Part shown: in pieces, positions 26,996 through 40,792 of the stretch
Layout of the letters: each line of letters opens with the position of its first letter
Position numbering within the stretch: the stretch's first letter is position 1
Assembly (NCBI GenBank): GCA_012295275.1
Contig: CM022673.1
Coordinates: 4,464,001 to 4,528,000 of the forward strand
From: Chrysomallon squamiferum
Taxonomy: Eukaryota; Animalia; Mollusca
Direction: 5' to 3'
Length of the DNA: 64,000 nt
Made by a program: the position numbers and the translations under genes
Notes under the pieces: generated by a model
Seen by the model: the letters and a program-made list of their open reading frames with translations, nothing else
Database searches by the model: none
Told to the model about the DNA's origin: nothing

Positions 26996-29079
26996 ATGTG
27001 TACTACTATCTGATAGTATTTTCAAAGCTGGTGTTCAGTGCACTGGGTGATAATCAGAAGGGTATCAGGAGAGAAAGGTGTAAAAGGCTAGGTGTCACAG
27101 TGATACCAGTGACAGATGAACTGTCACTAGTGACACACTATTAACTCATTCGTGGACTTACCTCAAGAGGGTCTCACTTCACATTTTGAAAGATTTAATG
27201 AGATCACTGCAAAATCTTGAATTACAGTATTTTTACTGTGACAGCCTCTCTGAACCTTCAGATAAGAAAATGTGTCATTCTGAAATAAAATTTGGCATCT
27301 AATAATGATTTGATGATACTGAATAATTTTTTGTTACTAATCAGTTATTCATAGAAACATACATGCACATATATATATATATATATATACACACACATGC
27401 ACACACACACACACACAAATATGATCACAAATACATATATACAAATAATAAATTTAATTAGGACAACAGTTATGATGGTATTTTTGCACATAGATTTAAT
27501 TACTAAAGCATTCACATGATGTTGAATGACGTAGTCTTTGATCATGTGTATTGCTGTGTTTGACAAAGGATTAACGGATGGGATGGGGAGAGTTTCAAGA
27601 ACAGGATCCCTGAATGGTAATTAGCAACTGTTAAACTGCAAAGTGTTCTAATATTAGAACTTTATGAATGACATTAATTAAGTGACATCAGTTAACTTCC
27701 AAATATATAAGTTCAACAACATGTTATTATTATTAGTCCAAGGTCACTTCTGAAATGGCAAAGCCACGGTTGGATATCGAATTCCAAAACTAGCTCTGTT
27801 TGGTTTTGAGATGACCCCTTCCATGCTTCCAGATTACACTGGCCAGGTGTACTGTTTACCTTGATTAACAGCTGGTCTCATTCACACAAAGTCACCTTTT
27901 TATTTTTGCCTAAACCTGTCTGATTTGACTTTAGAACCATTATTGCTTCTTAAGTCTTCAGTGCTAACACCTCATCAGTCTCAAGTTAAATCTTCTCTCT
28001 CTGAAAAGTTTGTAAGCTTCCTATATGATAATTGAGGGTTTTTCTCTTTCTTTCTTTCTTTCATTATTAATATAGAGCAGCATCAGTTACAGGTACAAGT
28101 TTCACATTTAGATCAGCTGACAGGTGTAAAAAGTGATAAACTCCAGAGAGAGCTGTGTACTGAAAGGTTAAGCTGGCTCAGTTGATATTTTTCTGACTTT
28201 GAACATGACGTAAACAGTAATCTGCTTCTGCTCATGTTTGAAAATGTAGACAGTTTGTAACATCGACTTTATTGTGAAAACTTGACATCAAAAGAACAAA
28301 ATGAAAAAGGTAATGAAGAAGCAACATCTCTTGATACTAATAATGATTTTTGGGGTATGACGACGAAGGCTAGGATAATGGTTAAAGGGCTTGTCTGAGA
28401 TATCTTTGTTTATGGGATCAATCCTTCTAGAAGGTGTCAGAAGGGTTGTTTCCCATTCAGACCTGCTCTTGTTTCTTTGTTATTTATGTGATGATTCTTG
28501 CTAAGATCAATACCTGTCAAGTTTCTTATTTCTTCTTATTATTGTTATTGTTGCTGTTGCTGTTGTTGAGGTAATGTTACCACCACCATCATCATCATCA
28601 TTATTACTACTACTACTATGACTACTATAATTACTACTGTTACAACAACCATCACCTGATTCTGAACTTATACTCATCTATTAACCAACTGTAAATAAAG
28701 TCAACTTCCGTCAGATATAAGAAGATAAATATCTGCCTCAGTTTTGTAACATTAGAAGAGGAGTACATTGTATGTTGTTTAGCACAAAGAAGATTACTGT
28801 TCTGTCTGAGGAATATAATTAAATTGTACTTGCTGCTCATTAGACGTAAGACTTTGGGGGAAACTAAAAAGACTGATAAAGAGAAATCGATAAAATTGCG
28901 TTACATGAATAAAAATGTCAAAAGCTAGTGTGTGAGGTTGTGGCAAAGAATGGACTGACCATGGACTCGCCCCAGCACGCCCTTTCAGCCAGCTAGCTTG
29001 TTGTGAGAATCCAAGAAGAGGTTTTTAATAAGTAAAACTAAGAAAACATCACATTTCTGACAGCATTGCGGCAGATTGA

Positions 29080-30345
29080 CAATCAAAATAGGAAGCCCAG
29101 ATTTATTATTTTATATGACAGAATACATCAAGATATCAAAATTAAGTTTGTCATAAAGTTATCTGTACTATACATCTGTTTTGTATATTGAATGTCAGTT
29201 TATCTTCTACCATGAACGTCTCAAGTCTACTGTTTTCTTACGTGGTCAAAATATCGTAATTGATTTAGTCTTGAATGTTCAAGATACTAAAATAGTTTTG
29301 CCACGTATGGTCATAATTTGAATTCAGCTTTGGTGTGACCAAGATAGCAATACTATTTTAGTCAAGAAACAAAAACAAGTACAGTGAAAATGTGGATACT
29401 AATTTAATTGTTTGTGGTCAAGGCATCTTTATCTGTATAGTTCATCTTGAAAGATCATGTACTGATCCGAATTTTGTTATAAAGTGTCAAGACAACAAAA
29501 TTAATTATGTCTTGTATGCTGAAGTTTTCATTATTAGTTTTATCTTACAGTTAAGACATTAATAACAGTATTGCAAGACAATGGTTAAGTTGTTGGTTTA
29601 GTAGACAGCTGGTACTGGGATCAAGACTTGATTAGAGAAATTTTGATAGTACCCTCTTTTTTTGTTTCTAATTGATCATGGAAGACACTAACACCAAATG
29701 AAATGACAGTTAACACACCTATGGTGTTTCCAAGACTGGGATGCTTGATCTTTTTAGTGAAATGAAACAGATTTTAAAAGTTTTGTTTATTAAAAAAATC
29801 CTAAAAGATTTATTTGAGAAAATATAAACTCTTGTATACTGACTTGTATATTGACCACCATAGCTGTACATAAATTTTCACTGGATACAAGCAGATTTTT
29901 AAAATAGTTTCTTTCAGAAAATCTAAACTCGTGGATTGTATGTGCAAGACAGGCATATTTGAACTGTCAGTTGAAGAAAGCACATTTTAAATGTTTTATA
30001 GATCAGAAAATGTATGTCCTCAGATTATGTAATAAAGATGGGCATACATAGAGCTTCAATTTAAATAAGAACATTTTATTAATCTAAACTCTAAGATTTT
30101 GATCAAGATAGGCATACTTGAATATTTTGTGGAACCTAGCACATTTTAAATAGATTGTAGATTAGTAATTCAGTATTTTATTGTAGTTTTTTTATCTAAA
30201 GGTGAGCAGTTATGAGGTGAGGTAGCATCCCTAATATTGTCCTGTGAGCAGTTGCCCTACATCCACCTGTACGTTTTAGAGGACATTAGCAGATTTTGAA
30301 TCATTTATTGATTTGTAAAATAATATTATGTGACCAAGACAGATA
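29080..30345. repeat. Highly decayed tandem-repeat field built on CAAGA(C/T)A motifs
   Basis: Quasi-periodic CAAGATA/CAAGACA, plus CAAGA..GGCATA..TGAA..AGCACATTTTAAAT..TAGAT copies near 29945 and 30104. Confidence 0.55.
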
Positions 30346-33010
30346 CATTGCAACATTTCATAACAAATTAATGCAATGCCATTATCATTAATAAAGATAA
30401 GGATTATTGTGTGCATGAAATGGGTGCCATATTGATTATTTTTTCTGATGTTATGATGGGTTGCTTGTTATGTGTGATATATGAGAAGGGATGGTCGGTA
30501 TTTCTGATATTTATGCTTGGCTTGGTATTAAATCAAAAACTGGGGTCATGAACTTGTATACTATTTATAATATTTGTTTTGGTTGATTGTTACTTCTGAA
30601 GTTTTTGATTGGTTCGTTGATGTCTTGATTTTTAATTTTTGATTTGGTTCAAATTCATCTCTTCTTTTTTTTTCCCTTCATAAATCAGATTTCTAACTTT
30701 ATGTTTCTGCTATTTGTTGACATATTATCAGAATGAATCAGAAATCTAAAAATCAGTGTTTTCTTTCTACTTCTCTATAGATAAATATTAATTGTTTGAC
30801 TGGTTTCATGGTCATTGTTTGTTTCTTTGTTACTTTAATCTTCAGTAATTTTCATTTTTGTCTGGATTTCATAAAGCCATATTATATATCTTTTGTTTGT
30901 AAGATATATTTTTACCATAAATGAATACCAAATAAAGATTAATAAATGAAAAAAATCTTATATACATAAATAGATAAAAACAATAATAATCAGAAAACAA
31001 ATTAAAATTAGTAATCTAAGACTTAATGTTTTTGATATCTTAATGTGGGAGGTTCTGTTCACTTGACAGAAATCTCATTTGTTCAATGTTGCCTTGGTAT
31101 GATAAAATGTCACAATATGGCTGTTTTCCTTTTGGACTCCATTATGTAAAAATTTCAGTTTTGTTAGTTTGATTTCTTCTTAATAATTTCAATTAATATT
31201 CGTCCAGCAGTCTCTTCAGAATGTTAAACTCCTTAAATATGGCCAGATTTACTTTGCACTTGCACAGATATCAGTTTTACAGGTTTAAAAATTTGAACTT
31301 CATTACATCTGATAAAACGTTTGGAATAGGATCTATGATATATCAAAATATCAAATGTAGTGTCACCTGATTCAATTTGATTTTGTACTAATTTTAGTTT
31401 TAATGTTTTACCATTTGTTTTTGTTTTGTGTCATAATTTGAGTTGTTACTTCTATTCCATGTCAACATTAATTATTTCAAAAAGGCTCAAATGAATGATG
31501 AAATGTTTAAATACAGAAGAGTTCTTTTCTTTGGACTTTATCTTGTACAGATTTCAGTTTTAACATGTTCTATTAGTTTGTTTTCTGTCTCATTATTTCA
31601 GTTCAGTTAGAAAATCTTTAAATATGGCCAGCTTTACTTTGGACATTATCTTGCACAGATATATCAATTTTACAGTTCTAACAGGTTTACACCTTTGAAT
31701 TTTGACTCAGTTTCATTTCATGTGTTGACAACACATGTTGGCATGTCAAAATATATAATACTGTGTTAACCCTTTAGATTTTATATCAGTTTTTTAATGT
31801 GTTTACGTGTGTATATTTACTGGTTTGATTTTTTCTGTTTTAGAATTGATTTTCATGTCTAAAGCCTATTTTCAGTTTGTGTGTGAAACTTGTTAAATGA
31901 AAATCTACTTGAATCAGACTGTAATTCGTTTGTCTTTCACTAGATTCAGTTTGTCCGTAGTTGCAGATTAAGGAAACATGGCTGATTTGTAGAGGTTTTC
32001 ATTACTTAGGTAATAATCCTTAAATTATCGATATTAAACCAAAGTCTGGGAAAATCTCGATATTCTTGAATGATTGCTCTGATAAAAGCTTGTTAAATTT
32101 TCCAGAAGTCTAAATTAAGAAATTTTAATGAGTTGATTAGTATTGGAAAATAATTTATCATCACAATCATCATTTTGTTGCCTTAGCAAATTGTTACTTG
32201 ATTCTGTTTGGAATAGTTTATTGGATAACTTCATTTGGTTTATGTGACTGTTTTAGTTTTCTTTTGCTTTATTTTATTTATTTACTTATTTGTTTGTTTA
32301 TTTATTTTTCATGTTGTTGTTGTTGTTGTTGTTGTTGTTATTATTATTTTAATTAAGGCCCCTACAAGTACATCTAATTAAATCCTCTTCTGTTTTCTGA
32401 AAATCTGTTTTTTTATTCCAGTGGGCTCTTTGTCCTATTTTCTTTCCTTTGTTTTGTTTTTTCTTTCTTGTTTTGTTTTTCTCTTAATATTTCATTTCTT
32501 TTCACAATGTTTTCTTACTTACAAACCCAACAGGATAAATGGAATAATATTTATCAATGGCAATAATCAATGAGATCAATAATTATAAATAGTTTCAACA
32601 ATCTAGGACGTGATTTATTCTTGTATTGTGGTCAAATCTTTATCTGTAGAAACTTGGAAAGAAATGAAAAAGAAAAAAAAGAAAAAAAGAAGGAGAAAGA
32701 TATTTGTGGAAACTAGGAAAGGAAATAACAATATTATTTTGCTGGGAAATTAGTTCTATTTACAGGTGTTAAATTTGATCTATCAGTGTTAAATCTTCAC
32801 AGTGACAGCTGAGTGAAAATATCTCTTGACCTTCAGTGGGTGGGTGAAACATTACTTCAGATATTAGCTACTTTCAGGACTTATTAAGAAATAAAAAAAA
32901 GAAAAAAAAGAAAGAAAAGAAAAATGGAATTTCCTTAATAATTCTTTAATGTATTCTAGTATTAATGATTGTTGCTTGAAAAGAAAATGGTTTTAGTATA
33001 ATAATGATAT

Positions 33011-33094
33011 GAAAGAGGAAACCCACTGTTGTAAGACTATGTAGGTTATTAAGTAAGTAGCAAAATATCTTTTAATATGTACCTTCCCATAAAC
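33011..33094 (-). mobile_element. Decayed SINE fragment (same family)
   Basis: GAAAGAGGAAACCCACTGTTG..AGTAGCAAAATATCTTTTAATATGTACCTTCCCATA. Confidence 0.55.
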
Positions 33095-33684
33095 TGTGTT
33101 ATTTGATTATTTTAGCTGTCTTTTTAAGGTTTCTTTTTTTATTGTTTATTTATTTTATTTTGTTTGTTTATTTGTTAATTAATTAATTTAATTTATTTAT
33201 TTATTTATTTATTTTACTTTATTTTACTTTATTTTTTTTTATTATTATGTTTTATTATTTTTATTATTATTAATTTTTTTTTTTTTTTTTTTTTTTATAT
33301 GTTTACTGTTTTTAATAATAATTTTTGGTTCAAGCAATATATTAAATACAAACTGTAATTTTCAGAGACAGGCATTATGCAATGAAAAGTTGACTAAAAG
33401 AAATCTTGACACCTAAATTAATTTGTAAAATGAATAACTCTGTTATTTTAATTAGCATATGCATGTTTTGGATAAGACCATAAGATGTCATTAACCTCAA
33501 ACTGCTGTAGTTAGATAAAAGATAAAACCAATATTACACCCACAGGAGACTATTAGAGGTTAAGATTCTTTAGTTTTGATCTTAGGTTATATAATCGAAA
33601 AGTCAGCTGTTGTGGGTGGGTTATTAAAAGCTTTTCCATTAATGAATGAGGTCCAGTGACATCATGTAATCGGCTCTGATTTTT

Positions 33685-33812
33685 GTTTCCAGCAGCAAGG
33701 AATCTTTTACTTATTATCTTCCTTTAGTCAGAAAAATATATACCACAGACTTTGATAAAAAAAAAAAAGGGTTCCCAGTGAGATCCTTAAAGGGGATTGA
33801 CCCAGCAGCCAG
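33685..33812 (-). mobile_element. Decayed SINE fragment (same family)
   Basis: CAGCAGCAAGGAATCTTTTA..ATACCACAGACTTTGATA..GGGGATTGACCC. Confidence 0.55.
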
Positions 33813-33946
33813 TGAATCCTCAATCCTTAAGGCTTGGAAGGTCATGTGATTAATCTGTCTTGGTTTTAACCATTAAAATAGTTTTTCAGAAATATAAGCT
33901 GGTACAGTTGTTGTTTTTTATGTGCATTTTTTAAAAAAATTTTATT

Positions 33947-33981
<35 letters not shown>

Positions 33982-33984
33982 TTA

Positions 33985-34016
<32 letters not shown>

Positions 34017-35214
34017 ATCATTTAATATTATTATTTTTTTTTTATTTTTTTGTGGTGTTCCAATGAAATAAATAGATTTATTTCAAATTCACAAACAAAC
34101 CATTGCTTCTTTGGATAATAAACCAAATCTCTTTCTGTATCATTTGGTTCTAAAGGAGTTCTTTGATTTTTCTTCAAGACGATTTCTATTAGACAGGAAT
34201 CTTGTCATCTTTGCTTCATTAAACAAAGACACCGGAACTAACCTAAATCTTCAACTCAAAGTGAACAATCTTGTAAACTGTGGTGAAATGAATTTCATGA
34301 AAAGAAATGTCATCGCACTTGTGTAATGAATGAAATCTGCTTTTAATTTAATTGAGAGACAAACTGACAGTTAGAGATAAAAAAAATAAAAAATGTTTCT
34401 TTTTCTTATTTTAATTTGTTTTCTTTAATATTGGATTTGACATCATGAAGTGTTGAAAGTTTTTTCTTCTTGTTTTTTTTTTTTTTTTTTTTTTTTCCTA
34501 TTCTTTATTTTTGTATTTCTTATTTATTTGTTTATGGGTTGTTGTTGTTGTTACTTGTTTCTTTCTTTTCTTCTTTCACATTATTATTTATTTATCATAA
34601 TCTTTATCATTACAATTAATGTTATTCTTAATTCATTACATCCTCATTGTTGTTGTCATTGTTTTATGTTATTATCACTATTATCATTGTCATCCTCAGT
34701 ATTTTTACAATTGGTGTTATTATTAATTCATCATGATCATCATCATTATTATTGGTTTATTATATTATTATTTATCATCATCATCATTTTTGTTTTTATA
34801 TTTATTTTTATTAAAAAATAAAAAAATAAAATAATAAAAAAATAATAATAATAATAAATCAATGGATGAATGAATGAATGAATGAATAAAGGTCTCTGAT
34901 CTAAACATCAATAATCCCAGATCAGTCAGTTCCCTCACATGTTTTATAAACTTGATAAATTGAATTTGAATCCAAACCCTTTCATTTCACTGCAATTTAA
35001 TGTTCTTAAAGTAAATTCTATCACAGTGCTACAAGGAAAGACTCTCCTATGATTATTTATCTTCAGCTGAAGCAAAATGTGCTAATTTTTCAAGTCCAGG
35101 GTCAGTAAACATGTTCAAATGCAGCCACTGACACAAGAAAAATGCCTACTGGCAATGAAAGAGGAATTTCATGACATTCCATCTTGTATTTAGATATTGA
35201 TTAGGGAGCAATAT

Positions 35215-35575
35215 TGAAAGATGTGGTAAATAAAACATAGACTGCTGTGGTTGAACAGATCACAGTATTTCTTGTCATGTTTTAAGGATTCTGATTGGTT
35301 ATATAGTGATGATGAATTTAGTAGATTTGATAAACATTATATAATCAGTAATGGTTAAGTAGATAATAGTATTGCTTGTTATGTTTTAAGAGTTCTGATT
35401 GGTTATCTAGTAATGTGTGAATTTGGTAGATACGATAAATTAAATATAGACAGTAATGGTTAAATAGATAATAGTATTTCTTGTCATATTTTAATGGTTC
35501 TGTTTAGTGTTCTAATAATGTGTGAATTTGGTAGATGTAAATAAAATAGGAATGGCTGAAAAGATAATAGTCAAA
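35215..35575. repeat. Degenerate tandem repeat, about 105-bp unit, about 3 copies
   Basis: GTATT(T/G)CTTGT..ATGTTTTAAG..TTCTGATTGGTTAT..AGT..GAATTT.GTAGAT..CAGTAATGGTTAA recurs near 35265, 35369 and 35474. Confidence 0.85.
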
Positions 35576-36949
35576 GATAATAGTCAAGGCATTTTATAGT
35601 TAAATACTAAGGTGTGAAATCTGTATTTTTCTCTGGGGTGTAATTTGCATACTGATTATTTCTTCTTTTTTATTTTGATTTTGGTTTGATGAATATTTAT
35701 ATATATTACATGTGTAAAAGATATCTAAATTATAAGCTTTTAGCTAGAGGAATATTAGCTTATTAAAAAAAAAGTTTTGTACAAGCAAAACAAAAATCAG
35801 TTAAACATAATGAAAGACAGCAAAAATGCACAAAAACATGAAAACGACCAAATATAATATTAGTAAGGGTGATTTTTTTTTTTTTTTGTCTGTCTGTTAT
35901 CTGCTCCACTGAAATATGTATGAAGAGATTTTCTTTTTAAAATTATTTACTGATATGAGGAAATCTTTAATTCAAAGTGAAGTTAAGTCAAAAGATGGCA
36001 ATGGAAATTAGTACAATATAAAAAAAAAAGTTTTTTTAATTACAGAAAGTCTGACAGTTTTATCTTTGAGAAAAATAACAATAAAATGAAAAAGAAACTA
36101 AGAGACTTTTTTTTTTTTTTTTTTTTTTGTAATGTTACCCTAGCACTCAGTCATCATTAATACCTTGAGCTTAGAGAAAGAAAAACTTCATTTACCAAAT
36201 ACAGCTTAATGTTAACAAACATGACAGGGGTTATGGTGCTCCCATTATCAGGGAGGAAATAAAGCTCCAAGCACAAAACCTAATGGATCCCACTGTCTTG
36301 TAATGCGTGAGACCTTCACTTTAACAGTGAATTATTTGCTGAATATTTCATACTGATGATTATGCACTTATTTTAGTTCTGATTTAGCTATGGACATGTA
36401 GCTATGGTAACTGGGCTGTTTCCACCTGCCAGAAATTAATGATTAAGGAGAAAATAAGAAAGTTCATGGTAGTAGATTGATAACATATTTAAAATGTGAG
36501 CATGTCTACATATATATCAAAACAGAGACAAATATAAAAATGTATATACATATTTCAATAAAACAAAGCAACAGACACGTTATTTAATAACAGCTAATTC
36601 AGTTGTGCAAGTATACTTGTTTTTCTTGTCTGCCATTGTGTTAAAAATGTTTATATAAGTGTAAATAGTGTATTTCTGGCTCAGGTGTTTTAATATAATA
36701 GCAGTCTTTCTTCTTCCTCTTTCTGGTTGCCTTGGTAATAATATCAGTAACATGACAAGTACTATGTGAAAAGATATCCTGTTTGTAACAAATCAGGTTA
36801 CACGTCAAAAGTCGTTTGAATTAGCTAGGTCCAGTAACTTCCTTGTTTGTCTGTATGCGTCTGTAGATATATATTTTTGTGAGTGTAATTATATATGTCT
36901 GTGTGTAAGTGTGTATGTATGTATGTATTTAATTATTCATTCAGCTATG

Positions 36950-36985
<36 letters not shown>

Positions 36986-39237
36986 ATTTATATGTACTCT
37001 GTAAGTTACGTGTACATGTATCCATGAATGTGTATTAGTGACTCAGACTAACAACTTTTAAAAAAATGTAAAATAACTGCTCTTTAAGACATCTGGCAGC
37101 ATGATAAAATCCATTACAAAATCCACAGCTTCTGTGCATTAATAACAATAACAACAACAAAAAAAGATAGTAATTTCTGCAGCCACTTTTCCCTGATGGG
37201 CTGCTAAACAAATGCTTTTACTCTAAAACATGGAAGCATTAAGCAGTTCTGTCAGTGGTGACAGATGAAAATGTAAAAGTTATTTTTCACAATAATTGTT
37301 GACTTATGTAGGTGCCAAGACAGGCACAGTTCTTGATGTCATTTCAGTGACCATGAGGAATCTTGTGGACAAGGACTGTTAGAGAATTTTATGTTTCTCA
37401 TGAAGTACTTTTACAGCTGGTACAGAAGGCACACTAGAATGTTTTAATATTTTATGAAGTACTTAATACTTGTTAAAGAAAACATAGTAGAATTTAACAT
37501 TTCCTTATGTTTGACTAGGAAGAAAAGCAAGTATTCTCAAGAAAGACGAAACAAAGAGACATTTGTCTGTATTTCTAAAGCAGTCAAGAAAATTGACTAG
37601 AATATGTCTGTCTGTCTGTTTGTCTGGTTATAAATTACAACCAGCAGTTTAATGAAGAAAGGGATATCAACTGTCATCTGTTAGTGGCAGTACATTACCT
37701 TGCAAAATTCTCAGTGGATAATTGCAACATCTAGCAATAACTTCAATCTGTAAAAATTGTTTCTTGGTTTTTATTTTATTTTATTTTATTTCATGTTATT
37801 TTGCAACATATAGCATGTTTTTAATCGGTAAATTTAATTAACTATTCACACACACACACACACACACAGACACACACATTAAACAAAAATTTTCCAATTT
37901 CCATTCATCACTGTCATTCCACTTCCACTCCAGCAGATCTTCTCTAACTATCTGCGTTGTTTACTTCTCAGATCTTTCTTCCAGTACAAAGTCATTATCT
38001 TTTTTTTTCTTCTCTTAAACTCCTATTCCGTCTTCCTGTTCATCTTCTTCTAATTCAGGTTTGTGACAGTTTTGTGGAGTCTTGAAGACTGCACAAGACA
38101 GGCTTTCTTCATTCCGTTTGAGAAAAACCAGCAGAAAGCACTGTCATCAAGTCTAAACATGTCATCAAGTTGTTTTCTGGTGCAAGCCACAGCATCAGAG
38201 TTTTGTCAAACCAGTGTTTGCGCAGGACTTAATCTGTTTCTAATGAGCATTTCCGCAGTTTTGTAGAGATCATATTTTGCTGATTTCCTTTGGTGACAAA
38301 TATTAATTAGCTTCCTGCATTTTTTACCTATGTTTTTGTGGTCATTTCTTGATGTTGTATATGAAACCATTTGTTAGATCTTGTATTGTGTTTGATCTCA
38401 GTTGGGTTTTTCTTTTTTTTAATTTTTTTTTTAATAGCTTTCTTTTTCTTTTTCTTTTCTTTTTATTTTATTTTTTGCCTTTTTCTAATCTTCTTTATTT
38501 TAATTCTAAGTGGATTTATTTTCTCATTTTTGTTTTCTTTTAATGATTACAGATTTACATGGATTTTGTTGTTTTTTGTTGTTTTTTCCCATTTTTTCCC
38601 ATTGTAAATGATTCTGTTAGTATTCATTTGTGTTTTTTTTTTACCTTTTAGTGTTTTGTTATCAGTTTTTCTTTCTTTTATTCTCTTTCTGTTCTGCCTT
38701 TCTGTCATTTTCTAATCCTTTCCATCTATCTATCTCTTTTCTTCACTTTTTTCTTCTACTGATTAATTTTTTTCATTCTTCATTTTTCCTTTCCATCTGT
38801 TATTTTTATCTTTTTTCTCACTGTTTTTCTTTTACTTCTTTCTACTAAGGTTTATTTTAACTGTTCATTTTTTTTTTAATTGTCCATTTCAAATAAAAAA
38901 AAAAAAAATTGTAATGATATCACAATATTACTGTGTAATTTTGTTTGTTGTTCTGTTCTTGTTTTTGTACAGTTTGGCAAACAGGCTTCAGGCAGACTCT
39001 CTTGTGTCCAAATTAACTTATCAGAATGGTATTATTTTGGATCTCCAGAACTGATCTTAATTGATACTCTGAGAAAAAACCCATCTATTCAGGCCTAGCC
39101 TGGACTGATATTTAACTTTGAATCTGAATATCAACGAAAAACACAAAATTATAATTGAAAAATAAATAAAAACAACATCAAGAACATGTTTCTATCATTT
39201 TTGATGGTAAAAAATAGTTAATAAATGAAAGAAAAAG

Positions 39238-39268
<31 letters not shown>

Positions 39269-40589
39269 TGTGTGCAGAGCTGGTATTGCATAAATATTAT
39301 TAAACTTACAGGTGTGAATGCTATGTGTGTTTACTGAGTTGGAGATATTTACATGTTATTATTACACCTATTTCTCTATGCACACAACCATCAATCAAGT
39401 CTTCGATACCATCATCTTTTCACTGATCACAACATCACAGCACATGACAACAAGTTGACTTTTTTTTTTTTTTCTGTAACCGTTTTGCATGTAAGGCCAA
39501 GATTTCATGATGGTCTTTTTATTTATCTTGTTTGTTCAGCATCAGGAGCTGTGTTTTTGTCGGACAACACGAGCAAAAATAACTCATGAAAATGGATTCA
39601 ACGTCATCTGCATCTGGCGTTTGCAGGCGTTTTGTCAATAATGTTTCATTGAACTGTGCTGCAAGTAAATTGCCTGTTGATCCTTTTTTTGTGCCAGTAA
39701 CAGAGCCCATTTTCTCTCATTGTTGCCTGATAATGAAACCGGACGAAACTTTGGCGCAGTGTGAAATGTCGGCCAAGTGTGCATTAAAACATGATTTTGC
39801 GTTGAATTATTTTAGAAATCACATACGGTGTTTTTGTGTACTCTTGCTGAATAATATTCTTATTTAGTTTTCTGATTGCGTCACAGCCATATGCTGATTA
39901 ACGATAAGTAATTAAATGTTTTTGTAAGTGTATTGTAGTTTGGTGCTGGAGTATACAGTATTATGTAATGTAATAACGTAATATAATATAATATAATATA
40001 ATATAATATAATAAAAAAATATAATATAATATAAAAAAATATAATATAATATATTATAACATAACATAAGATAACATAACATAAATGATATGAAGCAGTG
40101 GCCATATGGTATACTATAATATAGCACAGTATAGCTGGGTGTGGTGTGATGTGGTTGTTATAATATGGTATTATACAGTACTGTTGTTAGTATAGTCAAG
40201 CATATTGATGTATGTATGCATGTATTTATCTGTCTAACTGTATATACACACACATGGTGACACACAAACATACACACACACACTCACACAAACACACACT
40301 TGCATTCACATAGTTATTGAATATCTATACATAAATAAATTTTGTTACAAATACTACTATTATCAGTTACTTTTCATCCCAATAATTTATTTTTTATTTT
40401 TTTTCATCATCTTGAACATTTTTCACCACACTTTCATCAACAACATGAGTAGCTGTTTGTCTCAGCTGATCAATACCTACTTGAAACTCTATAAATCTAG
40501 ATTTATTCTCTTTATTAAGAGGCAGACATTGAGAGACAACAGCTCATAAATAAGTACTTTCATCTAATATAATATTCACGTCCAGTATG

Positions 40590-40792
40590 GAATGAATGAC
40601 TGAATGAATGTTTTTTTAATAACAATCTCAACAATGTTTATTGTTAAAGCTTATTAGTGGAACAATTTTTTTCATTGTCTTTTTTGTACTTTTGTATGAA
40701 CAATGAAAAAAGAAATCCTTGCTTCTGTTCCTTGAGTTATATTAATTGTTTAGCAGTAAGAATCACTTTATTTGCACCATGTTATAAACAGG
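40590..40792 (-). mobile_element. Strongly decayed SINE 3' fragment (same family)
   Basis: (GAAT)n tail, then TTAGCAGTAAGAATCACTTTATTTGCACCATG..AACAGG. Confidence 0.4.

Noticed and set aside
27155-27290. Strong minus-strand donor (GAG|GTAAGT) suggesting a nested antisense exon
   Set aside because: All three frames of the nearest candidate exon contain stops and there is no other support.
38030-38065. Possible recursive-splicing site (pyrimidine tract-CAG|GTTTGT)
   Set aside because: The regenerated donor is weak and cannot be distinguished from chance without nascent RNA-seq.
38960-39020. Candidate exon 3 after tttttgtacag (FGKQ...)
   Set aside because: In the phase required by exon 2 it reads VWQTGFRQTLLCPN and then stops. 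There is no D-x-x-FG-x-C motif.
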